A stretch of DNA of 64,000 nt from Polyangiaceae bacterium (lineage in GTDB: Bacteria; Myxococcota_A; Polyangia; Polyangiales; Polyangiaceae): assembly GCA_035063585.1 (NCBI GenBank), contig JAPSGB010000002.1:32001-96000 (forward strand), given 5' to 3'. Under the pieces are notes generated by a model. The model searched no databases. It was not told the DNA's origin and worked only from the letters and a program-made list of their open reading frames with translations. Positions within the stretch are counted from its first letter, which is position 1, and the number at the start of each line of letters is the position of its first letter. Shown in pieces: positions 1-12,271 of the stretch. Position numbers and translations under genes: made by a program.

Positions 1-447
1 CGGCGCGCCCGTGAGCCGGGCGCGGCGCCGCCACGCCCGCGCCTGCGCGCCGCGCCGAGCGCGCCGCGCCGCGCGCGCATCCTGGTCGCGGAGGACAGCG
101 AGCTCATCCGCGAGGCGATCCGGCGCGAACTCGAGGCCGCGGGCTTCGAGGTCGTCGCCGCCGAGGACGGCGCCGCGGCGCTCGAGGCGGCGAGGGAGCG
201 TCTGTTCGATGCGGTCTCCACCGACGTGATGATGCCGCGCATGGACGGCTACGAGCTCACCCGCGCGCTCCGCGCCGACCCGCGCTACCGCGACGTCCCC
301 ATCGTGATGGTGACGAGCAAGGACGCGCGCCTCGACTCCATGCGGGGCTACGACGCGGGCGCCGACGAGTACTTGAACAAGCCCGCGAGCGCGAGCGAGC
401 TGGTCCGTATCATCGACTCCTTGCTCGCGCGGCGCCGGCGTAGCTAA
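1..447 (+). CDS. 5'-truncated protein ending in a CheY-like receiver domain (probably a CheA-CheY hybrid or other hybrid kinase)
   Basis: Frame 1 is open from base 1: ...RILVAEDSELIRE...VSTDVMMPRMDGYEL...VMVTSK...YLNKP. Acidic pocket, phospho-Asp, Thr and Lys-Pro are all present, preceded by a Pro/Ala linker. Confidence 0.85.
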   Translation, partial: RRAREPGAAPPRPRLRAAPSAPRRARILVAEDSELIREAIRRELEAAGFEVVAAEDGAAALEAARERLFDAVSTDVMMPRMDGYELTRALRADPRYRDVPIVMVTSKDARLDSMRGYDAGADEYLNKPASASELVRIIDSLLARRRRS

Positions 448-594
448 CCGCGGGGCGGGAAGCAGAGGGGTCGCGCCCCGGGTTGCGGGCGTCGTCGAAT
501 CCGCGGTAGGGTCCGCGCCCCCGGCCAGGCCGTCGATGAGAACCGGCTACGGAGCCTCGATGACCACGACCATTGCGACCGCCACGGAGAGCCA

Positions 595-1851
595 ATGAGC
601 AGCCATCTTTTCACTTCCGAGTCCGTTTCCGAAGGGCACCCCGACAAGATCTGCGACCAGATCTCGGACGCGGTCCTCGACGCCGCCCTCACCGGCGACC
701 CGCGCAGCCGCGTCGCGTGCGAGACGCTCTGCAAGACCGGCTTCGTGGTGATCGCCGGCGAGATCACCACCAAGGCGTGGCTCGACTTCGGCAAGATCGC
801 TCGGGAGACGATCAAGGAGATCGGCTACACGGACTCGTCGATGGGCTTCGACTACGAGACCTGCGGGGTCCTGACCGCCATCGAGCCGCAGTCGCCGGAC
901 ATCTCGCAGGGCGTGACCGAGGGCGCGGGGATGTTCAAGGAGCAGGGCGCCGGCGATCAGGGCCTCATGTTTGGCTTCGCCTGCGACGAGACGCCGGAGC
1001 TCATGCCCGCTCCCATCATGTTCGCGCACGGCCTGATGCGGCAGACGAGCCAGATCCGCAAGGGCGGCAAGGTGGATTTCCTCCGCCCGGACGCCAAGAG
1101 CCAGGTCACGGTCGAGTACGAGAACGGCAAGGTCAAGCGGATCGACGCCGTCGTCATCTCGACCCAGCACTCGCCCGACGTGAAGTACAAGACGCTCCGC
1201 GAGGCGGTGATGGAGCTCGTGGTCAAGAAGAGCCTCCCGGCCAAGCTCCTCGACAAGAACACCAAGTACTTCATCAACCCGACCGGGCGCTTCGTCATCG
1301 GCGGACCGTTCGGTGACGCCGGCCTCACCGGCCGTAAGATCATCGTCGACACCTACGGCGGCATGGGTCGTCATGGCGGCGGCGCGTTCAGCGGCAAGGA
1401 CCCCTCGAAGGTCGATCGCTCGGCGTGCTATTTTGCGCGCTACGTCGCGAAGAACATCGTCGCCTCGGGGCTCGCGCGCCGAGCCGAGGTGCAGATCGCA
1501 TACGCCATCGGCGTCGCTCGGCCCGTCGGCGTGTACGTGGACACCTTCGGCACCGGCAAGCTCGACGACGCAAGACTCGCGAAATACGTGGCCGAGAAGT
1601 TCGACATGCGCCCGAAGGCGCTCATCGAAGAGCTCGACCTGCTCGCGCCGATCTACCGGCCGACCGCCGCCTACGGGCACTTCGGTCGAAGCGACTTCAG
1701 CTGGGAGAGCACCGAGCGCGCGCTCGAGCTCGCCTCCGATCTGCTGCCGAAGGCACGCGCGACCAGCGCAAGCAACGCTCGCGGCGCAGGGCGCGCGCGC
1801 GCCAAGAAGCCGGCGCGCGCCGCGGCGGCGAAGCGCGGCGGCGCTCGCTGA
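595..1851 (+). CDS. metK: S-adenosylmethionine synthetase
   Basis: [42 protein letters not shown] and YGHFGR motifs; GGAGAG RBS. Confidence 0.99.
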   Translation: MSSHLFTSESVSEGHPDKICDQISDAVLDAALTGDPRSRVACETLCKTGFVVIAGEITTKAWLDFGKIARETIKEIGYTDSSMGFDYETCGVLTAIEPQSPDISQGVTEGAGMFKEQGAGDQGLMFGFACDETPELMPAPIMFAHGLMRQTSQIRKGGKVDFLRPDAKSQVTVEYENGKVKRIDAVVISTQHSPDVKYKTLREAVMELVVKKSLPAKLLDKNTKYFINPTGRFVIGGPFGDAGLTGRKIIVDTYGGMGRHGGGAFSGKDPSKVDRSACYFARYVAKNIVASGLARRAEVQIAYAIGVARPVGVYVDTFGTGKLDDARLAKYVAEKFDMRPKALIEELDLLAPIYRPTAAYGHFGRSDFSWESTERALELASDLLPKARATSASNARGAGRARAKKPARAAAAKRGGAR

Positions 1852-2055
1852 GCAAAGCGCCCCGACCGCGCGCACCCCCCTGGAATTCGCTGGCTCTCGG
1901 ATTTATCCGCCAAGGCTGTCGGCCGAGGGCGTGAGCGCGGTCGCTTCGGGCTGCTCGCGCGTGACAGGCCCCGGGCCCGCCGCTACATTTCGCGGGTCCG
2001 GGCGGCCCGAGGCCGCGGTGCGCCGGACCCCAGCCGCCACCAGAGGGCCTGCCCC

Positions 2056-3336
2056 ATGCGTCACGACACCGTCCTCGCCTCGTTCATCTCGCTCACTCTT
2101 GCCGCGAGCGGGCTCTGGTCCTGCTCCGGCGCCACCGGCAGCAACTCGGTCCAGGGGGGCGGCGGGGGAAGCGCCGCCAGCACCGGTACCGGCGGTAGCG
2201 GCGCCGGCTCGTCGGGCGGAGGCTTCAACCTGGGCGGTCAGGGCAGCGGCGGAGGCAATCCGAATCCGCCGTGCAGCCAGAACGACGCAAACCTCGACAA
2301 CGACGGGGACGGCTTCACGCCGGCGCAGGGCGACTGCAACGACTGCTCCACCGCCATGAACCCGGGTGCTTACGACTTCCCGGGAGACGGAGTCGATCAG
2401 GACTGCGACGGCACCAAGGACAACGAGCCGACCGGCTGCGACTCCACCACGGTGGACATCGGCTACACCGATCCGGTCTCGGCCATTCAAGCGCTCGGCA
2501 TCTGCCGTCAGTCCGACGGGAAGCGCTGGGGCTACGTCCCCGGCAGCGCGAAGTACGTCAAGGCCAACGGCGTCCCGGGCATGAACGACCTCTCGCACGG
2601 CCTCTTGAGCCAGTTCGGTCCGAACGTGAAGCCGCGCGAGGGCTCGAAGATGCTGGCGCTCTCCTCGGGCACCGCGCGCGCGAAAGGCGATCCGGGGTTT
2701 CGTTCGCCCCAGGCGCAGGGCATCGGCGTGGATATGAACACCTCGAGCCCGACGCCCCAGGGCTGGCCGGTGGCCGCTCCGTCGTGCCCGAACATCAAGC
2801 AGAACATGCTCTCCAAGGTCGCCAACGACCCGGCTGCGCTCGAGTTCCAGGTGAAGGTGCCGACCAACGCGAAGTCGGTGATGTACGACTTCACCTTCTA
2901 TACGTACGAGTTCCCGGACTACATCTGCTCCCCGTTCAACGACTTCTTCGTCGCGCTGATGAACCCACCCCCACCGAACGCGCAGAACTCGAACATCTCG
3001 TTCGACATCCAGGGTAACCCGGTGAGCGTGAACAACGGGCTCCTCGAGGTTTGCCAACCGCAGAACGCCGGTGGGAAATACTTCGCCTGCCCGCAAGGGA
3101 CGGCCGAGCTCGCCGGCACCGGCTTCGACGAGATGGCGGAGAGCGGTCCTCACGCGGCGACCGGTTGGCTCCGTACCCAGGCGCAGCTCGTGGAGCCGGG
3201 CGGGATCGTGACGTTTCGCTTCGCGATCTGGGACGCCGGCGATCACATCCTCAACTCGACGGTCCTCATCGACAACATGACCTGGAGCGAGGACGCCGGG
3301 CACGAGACGCCGGTGACCGAGCCGGTGCCCAAGTAG
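2056..3336 (+). CDS. Secreted lipoprotein with Gly-rich linker, MopE-type putative metal-binding motif and choice-of-anchor L-like domain
   Basis: Lipobox-like LWSC; DNDGDGF..GDCND..NPGA..DGVDQDCDG repeat; C-terminal EFPDYICSPFNDFF and FAIWDAGD..STVLIDN. Confidence 0.75.
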   Translation: MRHDTVLASFISLTLAASGLWSCSGATGSNSVQGGGGGSAASTGTGGSGAGSSGGGFNLGGQGSGGGNPNPPCSQNDANLDNDGDGFTPAQGDCNDCSTAMNPGAYDFPGDGVDQDCDGTKDNEPTGCDSTTVDIGYTDPVSAIQALGICRQSDGKRWGYVPGSAKYVKANGVPGMNDLSHGLLSQFGPNVKPREGSKMLALSSGTARAKGDPGFRSPQAQGIGVDMNTSSPTPQGWPVAAPSCPNIKQNMLSKVANDPAALEFQVKVPTNAKSVMYDFTFYTYEFPDYICSPFNDFFVALMNPPPPNAQNSNISFDIQGNPVSVNNGLLEVCQPQNAGGKYFACPQGTAELAGTGFDEMAESGPHAATGWLRTQAQLVEPGGIVTFRFAIWDAGDHILNSTVLIDNMTWSEDAGHETPVTEPVPK

Positions 3337-3358
3337 CGAGGCGAGCTTACCGCGCGAG

Positions 3359-4258
3359 CTATCGAACGCAGTCGCGACCGGCGCTCTTCGCGGCGTAGAG
3401 TCGCGCGTCTGCTCGTTCATAGAGCTCCACGCCGCGCTCCGCGCTGCCCGCCGGCCGCTCGGCGCAGCCGAGGCTCACGGTGACCGGGATGGCGAGCTCC
3501 TCGAAGGCGAACCGCCGAGCGGCGACCTCTCCGCGGATCCGCTCAGCGAGCGCGCGCACGCGCTCGAGCCCCTCGCCGGGGCAGAGCACCGCGAACTCTT
3601 CGCCGCCGACCCGCGCGAGGAGCTGCTCGCCCGAGAGCTGCTCGGACACCACGGAGGCGACCTGCCGCAGGACCGCGTCGCCGGCGGTGTGGCCGTGGGT
3701 GTCGTTGATCGCCTTGAAGTGATCGAGATCGAACACGATGAGCCCGACTGCCCTCGGGCTCTGCCGCGTCTGCCACATGGCCGCCTGCAGCGACTCGTCG
3801 AAGTGGCGCTTGTTGTGGACCCCGGTGAGGCCGTCGAAGCGCATGAGGCGCTGGATCTCCTCGAGGTAAGCGCCCTCGATGTTGCCCCCCGAGATGTACT
3901 TGCAGAGCACCTTGCCGATCTGCGGGCGATCGCCGTCGCGGAGCTCACGCGAGGAGATGCGCGCCTCGTTTACGAAGGTGCCGTTGGTGGAGCCGAGATC
4001 GAGCAGCCGATGGGTCGTGCCCGTCCACTCGATGCGCGCGTGGCGGCGGCTCACCGAGTCGGCGTCGAGCTGGAGGCCGCAGCCGGTGCCGCGCCCGATG
4101 TCGAGCGGCTCCTGACCGAGCGCGGCACGCTGACCGACCCGCGGACCGGAGATCACCACCAGGTACGCCTGGTGCGGTGCGACGATGCGCACGGCGCCCG
4201 TCGAGTCCCTCGTGATGGTGACTTCGACGGTGGTCTCGTAGAGGTCGTGGTCTCCCAC
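3359..4258 (-). CDS. FHA-domain diguanylate cyclase (FHA-GGDEF)
   Basis: FHA motifs IGRG, SVSRRHA, DLGSTNGTFVN; DGLTG, DLDHFKAINDTHGHTAGD and GGEEF. GTG start at 4258 is inferred. Confidence 0.92.
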   Translation of the reverse strand: MGDHDLYETTVEVTITRDSTGAVRIVAPHQAYLVVISGPRVGQRAALGQEPLDIGRGTGCGLQLDADSVSRRHARIEWTGTTHRLLDLGSTNGTFVNEARISSRELRDGDRPQIGKVLCKYISGGNIEGAYLEEIQRLMRFDGLTGVHNKRHFDESLQAAMWQTRQSPRAVGLIVFDLDHFKAINDTHGHTAGDAVLRQVASVVSEQLSGEQLLARVGGEEFAVLCPGEGLERVRALAERIRGEVAARRFAFEELAIPVTVSLGCAERPAGSAERGVELYERADARLYAAKSAGRDCVR

Positions 4259-4401
4259 GGTCGTGGCTCCGAGGCTAACACACCTTCCGAGGGCAGGCCG
4301 CTCGCGCGAATGTCTCACCTTTACGCACACGCCCACGCGCCCGCACCGTCGCGGCTCCCTGCGAACGAAGCCCGTTCGCAGGGAGGTCGGCCGCGGGGCG
4401 C

Positions 4402-5814
4402 TCAGGTGTCGTAGTAGAGGTGAAACTCGAGGGCGGTCGGATAGAGCCGCGACGGCGTGAGCTCGTTCTCCCGCTTGTAATCGAGCCACATCTCGATGAC
4501 GTCCTTGGTGAAGACGTCACCCTTCAGCAAGAACTCGTGATCGCGCTCGAGCGCGTCGAGCGCGGCCTCGAGCGAGACCGGCATGTGCGGCACGCCCTTC
4601 AGCTCCTCGGGAGACAGGGAGTAGATGTCCTTGTCGAGCGGATCGCCGGGATCGATCTTGTTCTGAATGCCGTCGAGGCCGGCCATCAGCATCGCGGAGA
4701 AGGCGATGTAGGGGTTGCAGGTGGCGTCGGGGAAGCGGATCTCGAGTCGGCGTGATTTCGGCGACGCCGAGTAGGTCGCGATGCGGATCGCGGCCGAGCG
4801 ATTTCGGCTCGAGTAGGCGAGGTTCACGGGCGCCTCGTAGCCGGGCACCAGCCGCTTGTAGCTGTTCGTGGTCGGGTTGGTGAAGGCGGCGAGCGCGGCG
4901 GCGTGCTTCAGGATGCCGCCCGCGTAGTAGAGCGCCAGGTCCGAGAGCCCCGCGTAGCTGTCGCCGGCGAAGAGCGGCTTGCCGTCCTTCCAGAGAGACT
5001 GATGCGCGTGCATTCCGTTGCCGTTGTCGCCGTACATCGGCTTGGGCATGAAGGTCGCCGTCTTCTGGTGGTTGTAGGCGACGTTCTTCACGATGTGCTT
5101 GAACCACATGAGCTTGTCCGCGCTCCGGGTGAGCGAGTCGAAGCGCATGTCGATCTCCCCCTGGCCGGCCGTGGCGACCTCGTGATGGCTGACCTCGACC
5201 TCGATACCGACGCTCTCCATGGTGAGGCAAATCTCGGCGCGGAGGTCGTGCTGGGTGTCGTTCGGCCGACACGGGAAGTAGCCCTCCTTGAAGCGGATCT
5301 TGTGCCCGAGGTTCGGGCGCTCGTCGCGCCCGGTGTTCCACTCCGCCTCGACGCTGTCGATGCGGAACATGCTCCCCTGCGGCCCGAGCTCGTAGCGCAC
5401 GTCGTCGAAGATGAAGAACTCCGCCTCGGGCCCGAAGTACACCGTATCGGCGATGCCGGTGCTCTTCAGGTACGCCTCCGCCTTGCGGGCGATGTGACGG
5501 GGGTCACGGGAGTAGTTCTGCCGCGTGATGGTGTCCTGGATGGTGCACTCGAGCGACAGGGTCGGGTGCTGCGTGAAGGGGTCCATCACCGCCGTGACCG
5601 GATCGGGGATGAGCAGCATGTCGCTCTGGTTGATGGGCTGAAATCCGCGGATCGAGGACCCGTCGAACCCGAAGCCATCCTCGAACGCATCGACGTCGAG
5701 GCGCCGGAACGGGACGCTCGTGTGCTGCCATTTCCCGGGTAGATCGATGAACTTGAGATCGACCATGACCGCGCCGTTCTTCTTGCCGAGCTCGATGACT
5801 TCTTTGGGATCCAT
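4402..5814 (-). CDS. glnA: Glutamine synthetase type I (beta subtype)
   Basis: [41 protein letters not shown] and RNRSAAIRI; adenylylation-site Tyr in DKDIYSL. Confidence 0.99.
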   Translation of the reverse strand: MDPKEVIELGKKNGAVMVDLKFIDLPGKWQHTSVPFRRLDVDAFEDGFGFDGSSIRGFQPINQSDMLLIPDPVTAVMDPFTQHPTLSLECTIQDTITRQNYSRDPRHIARKAEAYLKSTGIADTVYFGPEAEFFIFDDVRYELGPQGSMFRIDSVEAEWNTGRDERPNLGHKIRFKEGYFPCRPNDTQHDLRAEICLTMESVGIEVEVSHHEVATAGQGEIDMRFDSLTRSADKLMWFKHIVKNVAYNHQKTATFMPKPMYGDNGNGMHAHQSLWKDGKPLFAGDSYAGLSDLALYYAGGILKHAAALAAFTNPTTNSYKRLVPGYEAPVNLAYSSRNRSAAIRIATYSASPKSRRLEIRFPDATCNPYIAFSAMLMAGLDGIQNKIDPGDPLDKDIYSLSPEELKGVPHMPVSLEAALDALERDHEFLLKGDVFTKDVIEMWLDYKRENELTPSRLYPTALEFHLYYDT

Positions 5815-5828
5815 AGGGGCCTCTCTCC

Positions 5829-5880
5829 GTGAACCTCAACGATTTTACGATTGAACAATTCGTTCAGAAAAAGTGAACCT
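5829..5880. promoter_or_regulatory. Candidate regulator-binding array between glnB and glnA (TGAAC at 22-bp spacing plus an inverted copy)
   Basis: TGAAC at 5830, 5852 and 5874, GTTCA at 5862, inside an AT-rich patch just upstream of the glnA RBS. Confidence 0.45.
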
Positions 5881-5926
5881 TGCGGCGTGGTCGCGGCTCG
5901 GTGCTGCTGCGCGGCGACCGCGCCGC

Positions 5927-7472
<1,546 letters not shown>

Positions 7473-7597
7473 GCGGCCTGCGCGGCGCGGCGAGTCCGAG
7501 GATCGAGCCATTCCTGCGCCGAAGGGCTATAGTGCCGGGGCTGGCTGCTCGTCGTTTCCCCCGCCTCGCCGAAGTGCGCCCCCGGCCGAAGAGCTAG

Positions 7598-10204
7598 ATG
7601 CCCCCACAGAATCGATCCAAGGTCCCCCTAGGGACCGTTCTCGAGGGGAAGTTCCGGGTCACCAAGGAGATCGGCCGCGGCGGCATGGCCGCCGTCTACG
7701 AGGCCGAGAACGTCGACATCGGCAAGCGCGTCGCGGTGAAGATCCTCGCCGCGGAGCTGCTCACCTCGCGGGTGGTGCGCGAGCGCTTCATCCGCGAGGC
7801 GCGCGCCTCGGCCGCGATCCGGAGCCCGTACATTTGCGACGTCTACGACTCCGGGATGTTCGAGGACCGGCCGTTCTTGGTGATGGAGCTGCTCGAGGGC
7901 GAGAGCCTGTACGACATGCTCACCCGGGTGCGTCAGCTCGACGCGAGCACCACCCTGCTGGTCGCGACCCAGGCCTGCCGCGGGCTCACCAAGGCGCACG
8001 AGCTCAGCGTCGTCCACCGCGATCTCAAGCCCGAGAACATCTTCATCACGCGAGACGAAGAGGGCGCGCTCCTCGCCAAGATCCTGGATTTCGGGCTCGC
8101 CAAGTTCTACGAGCCCACCGGAGGGACCGCGGAGCAGGCGCGGCTCACGCGGGAGGGGGCGCTCTTCGGCACACCCGCCTACATGAGCCCCGAGCAGGCC
8201 AGGGGTCAGGGCGAGGTCGACCATCGCTGCGATCTCTGGGCGCTCGGCTGCATCGTCTACGAGTGCCTCACCGGGCAGACGGTGTGGAACGTGGAGCAAG
8301 GCGTGGCGATGATCCTCGCGCAGATCGCCGGCGCACCGATCCCGCGCCCCTCGCGCCTGCGGCCGGATCTGCCGCCGACCTTCGACCCGTGGTTCCTCCG
8401 GGCGCTCGACCGCGATGCGGACAAGCGCTTCCAGACCGCCAAGGAGTTCGCCGACTCGCTCGCGGAGGCGCTCACGCCGCCCACCGGGTCGGTTCGCACC
8501 ACCCCGCTGCACTCGGAAGAGGAGGCGCTGGTCGTCGATCAGCTCATCAGCTCCGAGCTGTCCGAGGCCGGGCTCTCCTCACCCACGGCCGGCGCCGAGC
8601 CGCTGGTGTCTCTGCCGAGCGCACCGACGGCGGCGCCCGAGGGGACCATCCCGGAGAATTTCGATCGCTCGCTCGCGCCGCTCGACGACGCGCCGCGAGC
8701 CGGAGGCGCAGGGCGCGCGCTCGGCTGGCTCCTCGGAGTCTCCGCCCTCGCGCTCGGGGGCTACGGCGCGTGGTTCTACTTGCTCCATCCGCCGCCGCGT
8801 CCGATCCAGCCGACCGTGCAGGCGCCGCCGAGCGCGCGACCCGCTCCCTCGGCCACGGCCGCCCCCGCCGAGAAGCTCGAGCCGCGCGAGAGCGACCCGT
8901 TCGCGCTGCAGATCTCGACCGCTCAGGAGTGGCTCGAGAAGGGCAAGCGCGACAACGCGCTGGCGCTGTTCAAGGAGGCCTTCAACAACGGCGGCTCGGG
9001 GGTCGCGCGCGCGCTGCTCTCGCAGGCTGGTATCGCGCTCGCCACCAGCGCGAACGAGCGCTGCCAGGTCACCGGCCTCGGGAGGCCCCGGCCCTTCGAC
9101 GACACCACGGTCGTCTCTCGCCCCACCATCGCGATGGGGCCGCGCGGTGTGGTCGTGGCGTGGGTGGACAACCATCAAGATCCGAAGCGGAGGCAGGCCT
9201 TCGCGGTGGTGCTCGACAGCGCGCTCCGCCGGGTGACCCCGCCGCGAATGCTGACCCCCGAGGCCAGCTCGGTGCGCTTTCCACAGCTGGTGCAGGCGGA
9301 GGAGCAGCTCACGCTGCTCTACTTCGACACCAGCGGCGAGGATCCGGGGGTCTTCGCACGGATGCTCGAGCCGGACGGGCGAATCGCCGGCCCTGCGCGG
9401 CGCGTCTCGGGCCAGAAGCGCGACGACTTCAACCCCTCCCTCGCGCGAGCTGGAGATGGCGCCTTCTGGGCGGTCTGGTCCGAGGAGGTCGAGAGCGGCG
9501 GGCGTGATCTCGTGGCGCGCAAGCTGAACCCGACCCTCGTGCCGACCGGCGACGTGGTCCGGCTGACCCAGTTCGTGCATCGCCGCGGCGTGACCATCGA
9601 CGCGTCCGATCCGGATGCCATCATCGATGGCGACGAGCTCGACGTCGTCTTTTCGCTCACGCGGGACAAGGCGCAAGAGGTCATGCACCTACGGGTGAAG
9701 CTCTCGGACCCGGCGCTCGCCAAAGGCCTGGTCTCGCCCGAGGAGAAGCCGGCGCCGCGAAAGAAGGCGGAAGATCGGTTCATCGGAGAGCTGCGCGCCA
9801 TCAGCCGTTCCCACGGGAAGAACACCGAGCCCCACATCGCCTGCGCGCGCGAGGGGTGCTTCGTGGTGTGGGACGACGAGAAGGCGGGCGCGAACGCGGC
9901 CTACCTCGACCGCAGCGGCGCTCAGCCGCTCTGGCATCGCGAGTTCGCGAGCAAGGGCTCGCGCCCGACGGTCGCGGCGGTCGCCGACGCTGCCCTGGTC
10001 GCCTGGTACGAGGGCGGACGCCTCAAGGCCGCGCACATCACCCGCGACGGGATCGACAAGGGCAGCACGGTAGGCCGCGTCAGCGGGTTCCAGCCCTCGG
10101 CCGCGGTGGTGCCCGGCGAGAAGCCGGGCGAGTGGTACCTGACTTGGCGCGACTATGAGGCGGGACACCTCGAGGCGTTCGTGGCGCGCGCCCAGTGCAG
10201 GTAG
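7598..10204 (+). CDS. Membrane-anchored Hanks-type Ser/Thr protein kinase with large extracytoplasmic domain
   Basis: GRGGMA, VAVK, HRDLKPEN, DFGLAK, GTPAYMSPEQ, DLWALG; one TM (LGWLLGVSALALGGYGAWFYLL); repetitive beta-rich C-terminus. Confidence 0.95.
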   Translation: MPPQNRSKVPLGTVLEGKFRVTKEIGRGGMAAVYEAENVDIGKRVAVKILAAELLTSRVVRERFIREARASAAIRSPYICDVYDSGMFEDRPFLVMELLEGESLYDMLTRVRQLDASTTLLVATQACRGLTKAHELSVVHRDLKPENIFITRDEEGALLAKILDFGLAKFYEPTGGTAEQARLTREGALFGTPAYMSPEQARGQGEVDHRCDLWALGCIVYECLTGQTVWNVEQGVAMILAQIAGAPIPRPSRLRPDLPPTFDPWFLRALDRDADKRFQTAKEFADSLAEALTPPTGSVRTTPLHSEEEALVVDQLISSELSEAGLSSPTAGAEPLVSLPSAPTAAPEGTIPENFDRSLAPLDDAPRAGGAGRALGWLLGVSALALGGYGAWFYLLHPPPRPIQPTVQAPPSARPAPSATAAPAEKLEPRESDPFALQISTAQEWLEKGKRDNALALFKEAFNNGGSGVARALLSQAGIALATSANERCQVTGLGRPRPFDDTTVVSRPTIAMGPRGVVVAWVDNHQDPKRRQAFAVVLDSALRRVTPPRMLTPEASSVRFPQLVQAEEQLTLLYFDTSGEDPGVFARMLEPDGRIAGPARRVSGQKRDDFNPSLARAGDGAFWAVWSEEVESGGRDLVARKLNPTLVPTGDVVRLTQFVHRRGVTIDASDPDAIIDGDELDVVFSLTRDKAQEVMHLRVKLSDPALAKGLVSPEEKPAPRKKAEDRFIGELRAISRSHGKNTEPHIACAREGCFVVWDDEKAGANAAYLDRSGAQPLWHREFASKGSRPTVAAVADAALVAWYEGGRLKAAHITRDGIDKGSTVGRVSGFQPSAAVVPGEKPGEWYLTWRDYEAGHLEAFVARAQCR

Positions 10205-10217
10205 AGGAGGGCGGGAC

Positions 10218-10790
10218 ATGCTGAACATCCCGCCGAGAGCGTCGTTCCGGCGGTCGCCGCTCGAGACCGCGCGCTTGACGCTGCTGCCCATCGAGGCGAG
10301 CGACACGGCCGAGCTCTGGGCCGCGGTGGACGGCTCCCGCTGGCACCTCGAGCGCTGGCTGCCCTGGGTACCTTTCAACAACAGCCTGGAGGCGAGCGAG
10401 CGCTACGCCGAGGCGTGCATGCTCGATTGGGACGCGGGGCGCGCGGTGAGGCTGGCGATCCGTGACCGACGCACCCGGGAGTTCCTCGGCGTGGTGGGGC
10501 TCGACTCCTGCGTCCACCTGCATCGCTCGTGCGAGCTCGGGTACTGGCTGAAGCGCGACGCGACCGGCAAGGGGCTCATGACCGAGGCAGCGCGCGGGCT
10601 CTCGGACTTTGCGCTCCAGCGAATGGGCGTGCACCGGATCCGTTGCGCCGCCGCGACCGACAACCACGCGAGCCTCCAGGTCATCGCGCGGCTCGGCTTC
10701 CGCTTCGAGGGGATCGCGCGCCAGGCCGAATTCGTGCAGGATCGGTGGCTCGACCACGCGGTCTTCGCGCGGCTGGCCCACGACGGGTAG
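10218..10790 (+). CDS. GNAT N-acetyltransferase, RimJ/RimL family
   Basis: LETARLTL, WLPW, ELGYWL, GKGLMTEA, NHASLQVIARLGFRFEG; GAGGAGG RBS. Confidence 0.92.
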   Translation: MLNIPPRASFRRSPLETARLTLLPIEASDTAELWAAVDGSRWHLERWLPWVPFNNSLEASERYAEACMLDWDAGRAVRLAIRDRRTREFLGVVGLDSCVHLHRSCELGYWLKRDATGKGLMTEAARGLSDFALQRMGVHRIRCAAATDNHASLQVIARLGFRFEGIARQAEFVQDRWLDHAVFARLAHDG

Positions 10791-10792
10791 AG

Positions 10793-12271
10793 GTGCCTCG
10801 CCTCTCCCGACAACTCCCGTTCCTCCCGCTGGCGCCCGCGGCGGTCGTGGTGGTCGGCATCGCGGCGGCGCTGGTCATCGCCTGGCTCGGCGTCTCGGAT
10901 TTGCACACCCAGAGCGACGACGCCGCGGGGCTGCGGAGCCGCCTCTTGAGCCTCACGCTCGCCGAGCGGCTCCGAGCGACCGCGCCGGCCGATCGCGGCG
11001 CGGTCATCGACCGCGCCGCGAGTCGCTCGGGCGCCGAGGTGCTGCTCCTTCGTCAGGACGGCGACATCGTCACCGACGGCACCCTCGGCCTACCCTCCAC
11101 CGCAGCGCTCGTGGACCTCTTGGTCGCAGGCGAAGGCGAGACCACGACCGAGCTCGGCCGCACCCGCTTCTGCGCGACCTCCCTCCGCGCGCCCTTCGAG
11201 CACTTGGCGGTCATCACCTTCGTGCGAGCGCCGGAGGCGCCCTTCGCGGTCGGCTCGCTGGTGTCGTCGGTCGCCGCCCTCGCGGCCATCCTGATCGGCG
11301 TGGCGGCGCTGGTCGCCCTCGCGCTCGCGCAGAACGTCCAGAGCGACGTCGACTACCTCCGCGAGCGGGTCGCCCGAATGGCGAGCGAAGGCGCCGAGCC
11401 AGCGGGGAAGCCGGTCGCGATCCGCGCGGCCGATCAGATCGGGCTCTTGACGCTGGCCTTCAACACCCTGGTCGATCGCTTCATGGCCTCAGAGCACGCC
11501 TATCGCCAGGATCTCTCCCGCGCGATGGCCTCCGATCGAGATCGGAGCGGGTTCCTCGCGGCGCTGAGCCACGAGCTCAGGACCCCGCTCAATGCCATCC
11601 TCGGCTTCACCGATGTCCTCCTCGGCGAAGTGGACGGAGAGCTCAGCGCCGACGCCCGGGAGAACCTATCCATCGTCCGGTCGAGCGGCGTTCACCTGAG
11701 AGCCCTCATCGACGACATCCTCGATCTCTCCGCGCTCGAGTCCGGAGAGCTCGAGCTCACCCGGCGCGAGGTCGACGTCTACTCGGTCGCCGACGAGGTG
11801 GTGCGCGAAGCGCAGGGCGCCGCGCAGGGCAAGCCGCTCACCGTGACGCTCGAGGGGGAGCCTACTTCAGCGTGGGTGGACCGTCGCCGCTTGCGGCAGA
11901 TCATCGGCAACCTGGTCTCGAACGCGGTGAAGTTCACGAGCGAGGGGCACGTGGAGGTCCGGGTCGAGCCGCGAGGCAGCCTGGTGGCGATCATCACACG
12001 GGACACCGGACCGGGCATCGCGGACGACGAGCAGGCGCTCATCTTCGAAGAGTACCGCCAGGCCGGAGACGCTCGCGTGCGACGCTTCGGTACCGGCCTC
12101 GGGCTCGCCATCGCGCGACGTCTGGCGGTCATGCACGGCGGCAGCATCTCGCTCGAGAGCCGCCTCGGAGCGGGCTCGACCTTCACGGTGCTCGTGCCGG
12201 CCGAGCCGCCAGTCGTCGAGCGCGATCGGGCCACCGCGCCGCTCCCCAGCGCCCCCGGGGTGACGCCGTGA
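10793..12271 (+). CDS. Membrane sensor histidine kinase (HAMP-HisKA-HATPase)
   Basis: Two TM segments; SHELRTPLNAI; N box NLVSNAVKF; DTGPGI; GTGLGLAI. GTG start 2 nt after the GNAT stop is inferred. Confidence 0.92.
   Translation: MPRLSRQLPFLPLAPAAVVVVGIAAALVIAWLGVSDLHTQSDDAAGLRSRLLSLTLAERLRATAPADRGAVIDRAASRSGAEVLLLRQDGDIVTDGTLGLPSTAALVDLLVAGEGETTTELGRTRFCATSLRAPFEHLAVITFVRAPEAPFAVGSLVSSVAALAAILIGVAALVALALAQNVQSDVDYLRERVARMASEGAEPAGKPVAIRAADQIGLLTLAFNTLVDRFMASEHAYRQDLSRAMASDRDRSGFLAALSHELRTPLNAILGFTDVLLGEVDGELSADARENLSIVRSSGVHLRALIDDILDLSALESGELELTRREVDVYSVADEVVREAQGAAQGKPLTVTLEGEPTSAWVDRRRLRQIIGNLVSNAVKFTSEGHVEVRVEPRGSLVAIITRDTGPGIADDEQALIFEEYRQAGDARVRRFGTGLGLAIARRLAVMHGGSISLESRLGAGSTFTVLVPAEPPVVERDRATAPLPSAPGVTP

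Noticed and set aside
448..594. SAM or SAH riboswitch upstream of metK
   Set aside because: GC-rich stems are possible, but I cannot find SAM-I, SAM-II or SAH consensus elements.
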